The position numbers and the translations under genes were made by a program. The notes beneath the pieces were generated by a model, which had not been told where the DNA came from, did not search any database, and worked only from the letters and a program-made list of their open reading frames with translations. From Oscillospiraceae bacterium (GTDB taxonomy: Bacteria; Bacillota; Clostridia; Oscillospirales; CAG-272), in contig SVRL01000002.1 in the NCBI GenBank assembly GCA_015064845.1, forward strand, positions 10,508 through 74,507: DNA of 64,000 bases, in the 5' to 3' direction. Below, one piece after another: positions 34,261 through 42,985 of the stretch; position 1 is the first letter of the stretch; the number at the start of each line of letters is the position of its first letter.

Positions 34261-35283
34261 TTATCTTTGAACGCGGCCGGAACCGTCGCCTTTCATCAAT
34301 GTGGTAACTTCATCAACGGAAACATAGTTGAAGTCGGTTTCGATGGAGTGTTTGAGACAGGAAGCTGCAACTGCGAATTCAATGGTTTTCTGACAGTCAA
34401 AGCCGTTCAGAAGTCCGTAGATCAAACCTGCGCCGAAGGAGTCGCCGCCGCCAACACGGTCAACGATGTGAACCGCGTATTTCTTGGAGAAGTATGCTTC
34501 GCCGTTTGCATAAAGCATAGCAGCCCAATTGTTATCGTTTGCGGAAATGCTTTCGCGGAGTGTGATGGCAACCTTTTCAAAGCCGAAACGGTCGGAAAGC
34601 TTCTTAGCAACGTCGATGTAGCCTTCTCTGTTGAGTTTACCGCCTTCTACATCGTTGTGATCGGGTTTGATGCCGAATACTTTTTCAGCATCTTCTTCGT
34701 TTGCAATGCAAACGTCAACGTACTGACAGAGCTCGCCCATAACCTTGCCTGCTTTTTCGCTGGACCAGAGTTTTTTGCGGAAGTTCAGGTCGCAGGAAAC
34801 CTTGATGCCTTTTTCTTTGCAGACTTTCAACGCATCGAGTGTGATTTCAGCAACGGTGTCGCTGAGGGCGGGAGTGATACCCGTGAAGTGGAACCATTCT
34901 GCGCCGTCAAGGATTGCGTTCCAATCGAAGTCAGAGCGTTCTGCCATGCTGATGGAAGAATACTTACGGTCGTAAATAACCTTGGAAGCGCGCTGAGAAG
35001 CGCCTTTTTCAAGATAGTAGATGCCCATTCTTTCGCCGCCGCGAACGATGTCCTTGGTATCAACGTCTTCAACGCGGAGTGCGCGGATACCCATGTCGCC
35101 GATGGAATGTGCGGGGAATTTGGAAACGAACGATGCGTTCATGCCGAAATGCGCAAGAGAAACGGCAACGTTGGCTTCTCCGCCGCCGAAGCTTGCTTCA
35201 AAAGCGTTGGCCTGTTCAAAGCGGAGATAACCCGCAGGATTCAAACGAAGCATCAATTCACCAAAACAAACAATTTTTCCCAT
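34261..35283 (-). CDS. kdgK: 2-dehydro-3-deoxygluconokinase (PfkB family)
   Basis: 340 aa. Starts FGELMLRLNPAGYLRF...GGGEANVAVSLAHFG and has a C-terminal GGGDSF motif. SD GGAGG. Confidence 0.85.
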   Translation of the reverse strand: MGKIVCFGELMLRLNPAGYLRFEQANAFEASFGGGEANVAVSLAHFGMNASFVSKFPAHSIGDMGIRALRVEDVDTKDIVRGGERMGIYYLEKGASQRASKVIYDRKYSSISMAERSDFDWNAILDGAEWFHFTGITPALSDTVAEITLDALKVCKEKGIKVSCDLNFRKKLWSSEKAGKVMGELCQYVDVCIANEEDAEKVFGIKPDHNDVEGGKLNREGYIDVAKKLSDRFGFEKVAITLRESISANDNNWAAMLYANGEAYFSKKYAVHIVDRVGGGDSFGAGLIYGLLNGFDCQKTIEFAVAASCLKHSIETDFNYVSVDEVTTLMKGDGSGRVQR

Positions 35284-35315
35284 TTTTTGTGTCCTCCGTA
35301 ATATATTATAAATTT

Positions 35316-35969
35316 TTAATTTTCATCTTTTTGCAAATAAAGATGCGTACAGTCGAAGAGCGCCTGCGAATCAATGGACGTTCCCGCGCAGGAAATATCT
35401 TTGAAATGACCGCAATTTTTGCAAGAGATCCGCACGCTGTCGCGTGTTTGGTCAACGAGAAAATCTCCTTCTCCGTCCGGACAGCCGCAATGAATATTGT
35501 TTTCTTCGGCAAGGTCGCCGAGGACGAAGAGAATCATATCCCGAATGTGCTCGTCGCCGTAAAGATTGTCGCCTTCATTGGCTTCGTGAACGTTGGAAAG
35601 TTCGGTATCATCGATCATACTGCGCAATTCTTCATCCGAAACCTCAACGGCTTTCATCACTGCGCCTTTGGAACCGATGAAAAGAATATCCACGCCTGCA
35701 TAAGCGCAAGGGAAAGTGAAGAGTTCTCTGTTCAGAATGAGACTGCGGGAAACGATATAGTGGTGCGGAGAAGGGCAGAAGATGCAAGGAACGGTCAAAC
35801 GGATTTTATCATCGTCCGTTTTTTGCATCAACAGCTCGGAACAGCCGCAAGTACATTTTAGTTTGATCATATCGCCTGAAAGCGCCAGCGCGCCGACGAC
35901 GCTGAAAACAGTTGCGCCGCATTCGGGACAGCGGTAAGCAACGGTTGTGTCCTTAGGTTGTAAAATCAT
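35316..35969 (-). CDS. Hypothetical Cys-rich (multi zinc-ribbon-like) protein
   Basis: 217 aa with CPECG, CTCGC, CIFC, CGC and CKNCG motifs. It ends 32 nt upstream of kdgK on the same strand. I recognise no family. Confidence 0.65.
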   Translation of the reverse strand: MILQPKDTTVAYRCPECGATVFSVVGALALSGDMIKLKCTCGCSELLMQKTDDDKIRLTVPCIFCPSPHHYIVSRSLILNRELFTFPCAYAGVDILFIGSKGAVMKAVEVSDEELRSMIDDTELSNVHEANEGDNLYGDEHIRDMILFVLGDLAEENNIHCGCPDGEGDFLVDQTRDSVRISCKNCGHFKDISCAGTSIDSQALFDCTHLYLQKDEN

Positions 35970-36100
35970 CTGGATGATAACCTTTCTTTGAAAAATAGGG
36001 AATCAAAGATCCCCCATCTTTATTATGCATCAAAAACGCCGTTTTGTCAAGGAAATTCAAAAGCGATTTACTTTAATATTTAAAAAACATCGTTTTTCTA

Positions 36101-36129
36101 TTGTCTTAGAATAAAAAATATGATATAAT
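36101..36129 (+). promoter_or_regulatory. Promoter of def
   Basis: TTGTCT (36101-36106), 17-bp spacer, TGaTATAAT (-10 at 36124-36129). Confidence 0.55.
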
Positions 36130-36171
36130 ACTTAAATCTTAATAAATATACATTTATAAAACGGAGAGAAA

Positions 36172-36588
36172 ATGCTTATGATAAAACCAATTCAAAAGGA
36201 CGTTTTCTTTTTGAGAAAGAAAGCAGAACCCGTAACGAAAAAGGATATTCCCATTGCTGACGATCTAAAGGATACTTTGCTTGCCCATGCGCATGAATGT
36301 GTGGGAATGGCGGCAAATATGATTGGATACAATAAGCAATTGATCGGATTTTTCCATGAAGGCGTTTATATGGAAATGTTCAATCCCCGTCTTGTTTCCA
36401 AGGCGGTGCCGTATGAAACGGAAGAAGGGTGTCTTTCTTTGACGGGGATCAGAAAAACAACCCGATACCGTATGATAACCGTTCGGTATCAAACGAGAAA
36501 TTTTGAAGAAAAGCAGCAGATGTTTATGGGCTTTTCCGCGCAGATCATTCAACATGAACTTGACCATTTGAGCGGTATTATCATTTGA
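36172..36588 (+). CDS. def: Peptide deformylase, short form (138 aa)
   Basis: Motif 2 EGCLS and motif 3 QHELDH are present. Motif 1 reads GMAANMIG, with Met where Gln is canonical. Confidence 0.85.
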   Translation: MLMIKPIQKDVFFLRKKAEPVTKKDIPIADDLKDTLLAHAHECVGMAANMIGYNKQLIGFFHEGVYMEMFNPRLVSKAVPYETEEGCLSLTGIRKTTRYRMITVRYQTRNFEEKQQMFMGFSAQIIQHELDHLSGIII

Positions 36589-36635
36589 GATCGGATTTTT
36601 AAATTTATTTTTTGAAAAAGGATGGTAGACGGTTT

Positions 36636-38018
36636 ATGACAACGGTAATGAAAAAACTTTTCGGAAGAGGACGGAAAGACGTGGATATGACGAGCGGAAA
36701 TATTTTCCGTCATCTTTTTCTTTTCGCCATGCCTCTTTTAATCGGTAATATTTTCCAACAACTTTACAATATGGTGGATACGTGGGTTGTTGGCAATTAC
36801 GTCAGTGACGAAGCGTTTTCCGCCGTTGGCACGGTAGGTCCGATTACCTATCTTTTGATCGGCTTTTTTCTTGGATTTTCGAGCGGCGCAAGCGTAGTCA
36901 TTTCTCAATTCTACGGCGCGAAGCGTTACGATAAGGTTCGTAGCGCGGTACATACGGCAATCGTGATGACATTTCTTCTCGGTATTGTTTTCACGGCTGT
37001 CGGTATACTGATGGTGCCTTTGATGCTCACGCTGATGAATACGCCCGATTCGGTCAGACCCGAAGCAACGGAATATCTGACCATTTACTTCGCGGGTATT
37101 CTCGGGTTGATGATTTATAACATGGGGTCCGGCATTTTACGTGCCATCGGAGATTCCAAGAGACCGTTCTACTTCCTGGTGGTATCCGCTGTTACCAATA
37201 TCGTGCTTGACCTTGTTTTTGTTCTTAAATGCAATATGGGTGTTGCAGGCGTTGCTTGGGCAACGGTCATTGCGCAGGCACTTTCCGCTGTTCTCGTTAT
37301 GCTTACGCTTTTCCGTACAAGCTCTTGCGTGAAAATTTCGTTTGCTTATTTGCGATTGGATAGGGAAATGCTTGCAAAAATCGTCAAACTGGGCATTCCC
37401 GCAGCTTTACAAATGGCAATCACTTCATTTTCCAATATTTTCGTGCAATCCTATATCAATTATTTCGATAAATTCGCTATGGGCGGTTGGACGGCATATT
37501 CCAAAATTGACCAACTGATTCTTCTTCCCATGCAGTCCATCGCGTTGGCTTCCACAACCTTTGTGGGACAGAATCTCGGCATCGGTAATGAAGAACGTGC
37601 GAGAAAAGGTGTTAGCACGGCGCTGTTCATGGCAGTGGTATCCACGGTAATTCTGATGATTCCCGTTATGATTTTTGCGCCGCAAGCAGTTTGGTTTTTT
37701 AACAAAGAACCCGAAGTGATTGAATTCGGAACGCTCTTTATCCGTTGGCTTTCTCCCTTTTACGTGCTTTCTTGTGCCAATCAGATCTACGCCGGCGCAC
37801 TCCGCGGTTCGGGCAATACCAAAGCGCCGATGATTATTATGTTGATTTCCTTCGTCGGCTTCCGACAGGTTTATTTGTTCGTTATGAAAAATTTCATTTC
37901 CAATACCATTCTGCCCATTTCCATGTCTTATCCGGCAGGCTGGTTGCTTTGCAGTACGCTGATGTTTATTTATTTCCGTAAAGCAAATCTCAGCAAGAGC
38001 AGATTGGTCAAGGATTAA
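36636..38018 (+). CDS. MATE family efflux transporter
   Basis: 460 aa from the ATG at 36636. The N-terminus FAMPLLIGNIFQQLYNMVDTWVVG is typical. Has 12 TM segments. Confidence 0.9.
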   Translation: MTTVMKKLFGRGRKDVDMTSGNIFRHLFLFAMPLLIGNIFQQLYNMVDTWVVGNYVSDEAFSAVGTVGPITYLLIGFFLGFSSGASVVISQFYGAKRYDKVRSAVHTAIVMTFLLGIVFTAVGILMVPLMLTLMNTPDSVRPEATEYLTIYFAGILGLMIYNMGSGILRAIGDSKRPFYFLVVSAVTNIVLDLVFVLKCNMGVAGVAWATVIAQALSAVLVMLTLFRTSSCVKISFAYLRLDREMLAKIVKLGIPAALQMAITSFSNIFVQSYINYFDKFAMGGWTAYSKIDQLILLPMQSIALASTTFVGQNLGIGNEERARKGVSTALFMAVVSTVILMIPVMIFAPQAVWFFNKEPEVIEFGTLFIRWLSPFYVLSCANQIYAGALRGSGNTKAPMIIMLISFVGFRQVYLFVMKNFISNTILPISMSYPAGWLLCSTLMFIYFRKANLSKSRLVKD

Positions 38019-38043
38019 AGTTCAATACAAGGAGAAAATATCA

Positions 38044-39090
38044 ATGGCTGTTATTACAATTGTGGGCGCGGGTATGATGGGCTCTGCGCTGGCTTTTCCC
38101 GCGAGTGAAAACGGAAACGACGTTCGTCTTGTGGGAACGCCTCTTGACAGGGAAATCATCGACACCTGTTTGAAAACGGGACGGCATCCGAAATTTGAAA
38201 AAGATTTTCTGCCCGGTGTGCAATATTTTCAGATCGAGGAACTTTCCTCTGCACTTTGCGGTGCGGATCTGGTCATTGGAGGTGTCAGCAGTTTCGGTGT
38301 GGAATGGTTTGGAGATTTTGTGCTTCCGAAGATTGAAGATTCGATTCCCGTGCTTTCCGTTACCAAAGGACTTTGGGATACGGAGGAAGGAGAATTGCTT
38401 TCCTATCCCGATATATGGAAGAAAAAAACGGAAGCCATGGGAAAAAAGCTTTCCATCAATGCCATCGGCGGTCCGTGTACGAGTTATGAGCTTGTTGCGC
38501 ATGACCAAACGGAGGTTGCTTTTTGCGGAGAAGACATGACCGTTCTCCGTCGGTTGAAAAAATGGATGGAAACCGATTATTATCACATCAGCCTTTCTAC
38601 CGATGTGCTTGGCATTGAAAGCGCCGTTGCTCTGAAAAACGGATATGCGCTCGGTATTGCGCTGACCATTGGTTTGAATCAGAAAGAGTTCGGTATTGAA
38701 AGTCCTTTGCATTACAATTCGCAAGCTGCCGTATTCGGTCAGGCGTTCAAGGAGATGTATAAACTGCTTGAATTACAGGGCGCGTGGAGTTTGGAAAATA
38801 TTGCGGTCGGGACGGGAGATCTTTACGTAACCGTTTACGGCGGCAGAACCCGTCTTGTGGGTATTCTGCTTGGCAGAGGTATGAACATCGATGAAGCCAA
38901 AGAAGCGCTGAGCGGTGTAACGCTGGAATCTTTGGTTGTTGCGAAGCGCGTGGCAAGAGCAATCAGAATCAAAGCTTCGAAAGGAAAAGCAAATCTTGCG
39001 GATTTTCCGTTGCTCATACATGTGGATGAAATTATATCCGAAGGAAAAGCGGTTAGTATTCCTTGGAACTCTTTTACTTTTGAAAAATAA
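38044..39090 (+). CDS. NAD(P)H-dependent glycerol-3-phosphate dehydrogenase family protein
   Basis: 348 aa. Has the Rossmann motif ITIVGAGMMGSALA and a GpsA-like C-terminal helical domain. It is divergent from canonical GpsA. Confidence 0.65.
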   Translation: MAVITIVGAGMMGSALAFPASENGNDVRLVGTPLDREIIDTCLKTGRHPKFEKDFLPGVQYFQIEELSSALCGADLVIGGVSSFGVEWFGDFVLPKIEDSIPVLSVTKGLWDTEEGELLSYPDIWKKKTEAMGKKLSINAIGGPCTSYELVAHDQTEVAFCGEDMTVLRRLKKWMETDYYHISLSTDVLGIESAVALKNGYALGIALTIGLNQKEFGIESPLHYNSQAAVFGQAFKEMYKLLELQGAWSLENIAVGTGDLYVTVYGGRTRLVGILLGRGMNIDEAKEALSGVTLESLVVAKRVARAIRIKASKGKANLADFPLLIHVDEIISEGKAVSIPWNSFTFEK

Positions 39091-39183
39091 CAATTTTATA
39101 TAAAAAATCACATAATGTTCATATTCTGTTCATAAATGTGCTATATACTTTTGAATATAAAAACAATTTACGGGAGGTATTTT

Positions 39184-42150
39184 ATGCTTACACTGAAGGA
39201 TATTCATAAAGATTATCCTGCCGGCGATATAAAAGTGGCGGCGCTTCGCGGCGTTTCCATTTCTTTCAGAAAGAGTGAGTTCGTTTCCATTCTCGGTCCC
39301 TCCGGATGCGGAAAAACAACTTTGCTGAACATTATCGGCGGACTCGATCAATATACAAGCGGCGACCTTGTGATTGACGGAAGATCTACAAAAAATTTCA
39401 AGGATGCGGATTGGGACGCTTACAGAAACCATTCGATCGGTTTCGTATTTCAAAGCTATAATCTGATTCCGCATCAAAGCGTGCTTTCCAACGTTGAGCT
39501 TGCGCTGACCATTTCGGGCGTTTCCAAATCGGAACGCCGCCGCAGAGCAAAAGAGGCTTTGGAAAAGGTTGGACTCGGAAGCGAACTGAATAAGCGCCCG
39601 AACCAGATGTCGGGCGGACAAATGCAGCGCGTTGCCATTGCGAGATCGCTGGTCAATAATCCCGAGATTTTGCTTGCGGACGAGCCGACGGGCGCGCTCG
39701 ATTCGGAAACCAGCGTGCAGATCATGGAGCTTCTCAAAGAGATTGCGAAAGACCGTCTGGTTATTATGGTTACGCACAATCCCGAACTTGCCGAAACGTA
39801 TTCCACGCGAATCATCCGCATTATCGACGGTAAGATCATCGGCGATACGAATCCTTACGAAGAACCGCAGGAACAAGCGGCTGAACAGGAAGCAACCGTA
39901 CAGACAAAAAATAAAAAAGAAAAGCGTCTTAGAAATCGCTCCATGTCTTTCGGAACGGCTCTTGCGCTTTCATTGAACAATTTGCGCACGAAAAAAGGAA
40001 GAACCATTTTGACAAGCTTTGCAGGTTCCATTGGTATCATCGGTATTGCTTTGATTCTTGCTATTTCCAACGGCGTGACAAATTATATCAACCGCGTGCA
40101 GGAAGATACGCTGTCCAGTTATCCGATTACCATTCAAAAGGAAACGGCGGATCTTTCCAGCATTCTTACAAACCTGATGGGTTCTAATACATCCTCCGAT
40201 CAAGGCGGTTTGAAACATGGTCTGGATGCCGTTTATGCAAACCGCGTGATGTATGAACTTCTGGATACGCTTGCCAATATAGAAGTTCAGACCAATAACC
40301 TCAAAGCATTCAAGCAATATATTGAAAGTACGCCCGGTTTCCAAGAGTTTGCGAGTGCGATCGACTATTCATATGCATTGGATTTTCATATTTATACGAA
40401 AGATAAAGATGGATCCATCATAAAATCCGATATCAGTGCCTTGATGAAAGAACTGATGGGAATGAATTCGACTTCGTCTGATGATCTTGGTATGTTTGTA
40501 AGCTATAATATATGGGAAGAAATGCTGAAAGGCAAAGACGGAGAACTGATTAACCCGCTTTTCTACGATCAGTATGATTTGATTCACGGTTCTTGGCCGA
40601 CGGCGTACAATGAAATCGTTCTCGTTGTGGATGAAAATAACGAAATCAGCGACGTCGTGCTCTATTCTCTCGGTTTGAAGACCACGGAGGAAATGCGTGA
40701 AGAATTGAAGCAGTCTATGGAGGGCAATTTGGAAAATATGCCTACCGAGAGCTGGTCTTATGAAGAAATTTGCAGTATGACCTTCAAGATGATCTTGCAT
40801 CCTGATTTTTATCAGAAAAATGAAAAAGACGGTACGTACAGCAATCTCAGTACAACCCAAGCGGGTATTGAGGTTCTTTATAATTCCGATAAACCCATAG
40901 AATTGAAGGTTTCGGGTATTATCCGTCCCAATGAAGATACTGTAGCTTCCATGCTGAAGGGTTCTATCGGTTACACAACTGCTTTGACGGAATATGCTAT
41001 CCAACGCGCAGCAGAAAGCGAAATCGTAAAAGCGCAGCTTGCAAATCCCGGACAGGATATTTTTGTAGGACTTCCTTTCAAAACGGGTGATGCGGAACTT
41101 TCCGCTGCGGAAAAAGCAGTTTTGATCAAAGAATATTTTGCTTCTCTTTCCACAGAAAAAAAAGCGGAGATTTATATTGACATCAAATCCAAAATCCCCG
41201 CGGATATGCTGGAGACGATGACCGAGATGGCTTTGGCGCAGTATTCCGAGGAAGATTTGCGCAAGCTGGCTGTTCAGGCTTATGCGGAGCAGATGGGTAT
41301 TACCGATACAACCGAAATCGAAAAGCATATCAATGCAATGAGCAAAGAAGAATTGGTTGAGGCAATGAGAGAAGGTATTTCCAATGAGGTTGCGGCGCAG
41401 TATGAGGCGGCTATGCGCGCTCAGCTCGGCGCACAGCCTGCCGAAGTTCTTGCAGGGCTTTTCGATCTTGAAACCTTTACGGAAGAACAGTATGCGGAAT
41501 TTTTCGATCTCTATATGCCTCCCACACATTCCGATTCCACATATGAATACAATCTTTCCAAGCTTGGTTACGTGGATTTGGATTCGCCGACTGCTATCAA
41601 TATCTATACCGCCACATTTGCGGATAAAGACGAAATTTCTGCTTTGATTACGGAATATAACAACAAGGTTTCCGAGGATGACAAAATCAATTATACGGAC
41701 TTTGTTGCTCTCCTCATGAGTTCCATCACTCTGGTTATTAATGCGATTTCTTATGTGTTGATTGCGTTTGTCAGCGTATCGCTTGTGGTTTCTTCCATTA
41801 TGATCGGTATCATTACCTATATTTCCGTATTGGAAAGAACCAAAGAAATCGGTATTCTCCGTGCAATCGGCGCTTCCAAGAAGGACATTTCCCGTATTTT
41901 CAATGCGGAAACAGCGATTGTCGGTTTCACAGCGGGTATGATGGGCATTGGTGTTACCTTGATTCTTATCATGATTGCAAATCCCATTCTCCATGCGGTT
42001 ACGGGTATCGGCATTCTGAATGCAAGTCTTCCTGTTCTCGGCGCGGTCATTCTTGTGGCTCTCAGCGTCGGTCTGACGTTGATTGCAGGTCTTGTTCCTT
42101 CCCGACTTGCGGCAAAGAAAGACCCCGTTGTTGCATTGCGTACAGAATAA
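39184..42150 (+). CDS. MacB-like fused ABC ATPase / FtsX permease with a very large extracytoplasmic domain
   Basis: 988 aa from the ATG at 39184 (GGGAGG upstream). Has Walker A GPSGCGKTT, signature MSGGQ and Walker B LLADEP. One TM is followed by ~550 aa of soluble sequence, then three C-terminal FtsX TMs. Confidence 0.85.
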   Translation: MLTLKDIHKDYPAGDIKVAALRGVSISFRKSEFVSILGPSGCGKTTLLNIIGGLDQYTSGDLVIDGRSTKNFKDADWDAYRNHSIGFVFQSYNLIPHQSVLSNVELALTISGVSKSERRRRAKEALEKVGLGSELNKRPNQMSGGQMQRVAIARSLVNNPEILLADEPTGALDSETSVQIMELLKEIAKDRLVIMVTHNPELAETYSTRIIRIIDGKIIGDTNPYEEPQEQAAEQEATVQTKNKKEKRLRNRSMSFGTALALSLNNLRTKKGRTILTSFAGSIGIIGIALILAISNGVTNYINRVQEDTLSSYPITIQKETADLSSILTNLMGSNTSSDQGGLKHGLDAVYANRVMYELLDTLANIEVQTNNLKAFKQYIESTPGFQEFASAIDYSYALDFHIYTKDKDGSIIKSDISALMKELMGMNSTSSDDLGMFVSYNIWEEMLKGKDGELINPLFYDQYDLIHGSWPTAYNEIVLVVDENNEISDVVLYSLGLKTTEEMREELKQSMEGNLENMPTESWSYEEICSMTFKMILHPDFYQKNEKDGTYSNLSTTQAGIEVLYNSDKPIELKVSGIIRPNEDTVASMLKGSIGYTTALTEYAIQRAAESEIVKAQLANPGQDIFVGLPFKTGDAELSAAEKAVLIKEYFASLSTEKKAEIYIDIKSKIPADMLETMTEMALAQYSEEDLRKLAVQAYAEQMGITDTTEIEKHINAMSKEELVEAMREGISNEVAAQYEAAMRAQLGAQPAEVLAGLFDLETFTEEQYAEFFDLYMPPTHSDSTYEYNLSKLGYVDLDSPTAINIYTATFADKDEISALITEYNNKVSEDDKINYTDFVALLMSSITLVINAISYVLIAFVSVSLVVSSIMIGIITYISVLERTKEIGILRAIGASKKDISRIFNAETAIVGFTAGMMGIGVTLILIMIANPILHAVTGIGILNASLPVLGAVILVALSVGLTLIAGLVPSRLAAKKDPVVALRTE

Positions 42151-42233
42151 AAGCGGCGAATCGCCGCGGATGGTTGCTTGCCTATCCAAGTTTCATCCGT
42201 ATTCAAACAATGCAAAACGGCAAGGTTGATTTT
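42151..42233 (+). repeat. Structured intergenic repeat, copy A
   Basis: aaaagcGGCGAATCGCCGCGGATGGTTGCTTGCCTATCCAAGTTTCATCCGTATTCAAACAATGCAAAACGGCAAGGTTGATTTT. It abuts the ABC stop codon. Confidence 0.8.
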
Positions 42234-42250
42234 GGGCAATATCATATAGT

Positions 42251-42336
42251 AAAAAATCGGCGAATCGCCGCGGATGGTTGCTTGCCTACCCAAGTTTCGT
42301 TTGTATTCAAATAATGCAAACGGAGAAGCTGTTTTT
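42251..42336 (+). repeat. Structured intergenic repeat, copy B
   Basis: aaaaaatcGGCGAATCGCCGCGGATGGTTGCTTGCCTACCCAAGTTTCGTTTGTATTCAAATAATGCAAACGGAGAAGCTGTTTTT. It starts 104 bp after copy A. Confidence 0.8.
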
Positions 42337-42373
42337 GCGCAACTACCCATATCTTAAAAAGAATAAAGAACGG

Positions 42374-42412
42374 AAAACCCGAAGAAATTTTGAATTTCTT
42401 CGGGCTTTCGTT
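42374..42412. terminator. Terminator downstream of the convergent 42413..42985 gene
   Basis: 12-bp stem cccgaagaaatt / aatttcttcggg, with U-rich flanks on both strands. Confidence 0.75.
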
Positions 42413-42985
42413 TTAACGGTTATTTAGTTGTTCGGAAATCAGGCGATAAACTTCATGCACGTTATCAATCATGAAAAATGCGGTAACGGCGCTTTTTTTC
42501 ACGTTGTCAAGATTGATCGTTCTTTTTCGATTCCATCCGCGGTTGTATTCGGTGTAAATCTGTTCTTCCGCAAAGCGGATGGTTCCGCGATTGCCGTTGA
42601 CCGATTCCAGATTGACCGAGTAGAGCGCGGAGAAAACATATTCCGTGCAATTCGTGCCGTTTCGGTCATGCGTAATGATGATGGCGCGATAGTCGGTAAC
42701 GGCGTAAACGGCAGTTTTCAGGAGATTTCGTCTGCCGAAAAATATGCCGTAGAACATAAATCCGCCGAAGAAGATAAAGAACAATCCGAAAAGACCGAAC
42801 GCGCCTCCTGCCGCCGTAGCGGAAATTGTCCAGAATACGGCAAAGCTCATCCAGAAAATTGCAAAGATCGGCAGAATCGGAGATGTTTGAGTGGCGGGAA
42901 TTTTTCCGGGTGTTCCCGTCCAGAGCACCGTTTCGCCCGGGTGTAAAAAAGGCTTGATTTCTGAATACGGATCGCGTTGCATCAT
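42413..42985 (-). CDS. Hypothetical membrane protein (2 TM plus C-terminal soluble domain)
   Basis: 190 aa. The start overlaps the upstream stop (TAATG). It has a hydrophobic hairpin (aa ~35-85). Confidence 0.7.
   Translation of the reverse strand: MMQRDPYSEIKPFLHPGETVLWTGTPGKIPATQTSPILPIFAIFWMSFAVFWTISATAAGGAFGLFGLFFIFFGGFMFYGIFFGRRNLLKTAVYAVTDYRAIIITHDRNGTNCTEYVFSALYSVNLESVNGNRGTIRFAEEQIYTEYNRGWNRKRTINLDNVKKSAVTAFFMIDNVHEVYRLISEQLNNR

Noticed and set aside
34267-35301. 344-aa ORF antisense to kdgK
   Set aside because: It is a codon-aligned shadow ORF. kdgK on the minus strand has PfkB motifs, an SD and a terminator.
40369-42189. 606-aa ORF antisense to the MacB-like ABC gene (and the 177-aa ORF at 41817-42350)
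   Set aside because: It is a codon-aligned shadow ORF. Its 5' part merely reads through the intergenic repeat copies.
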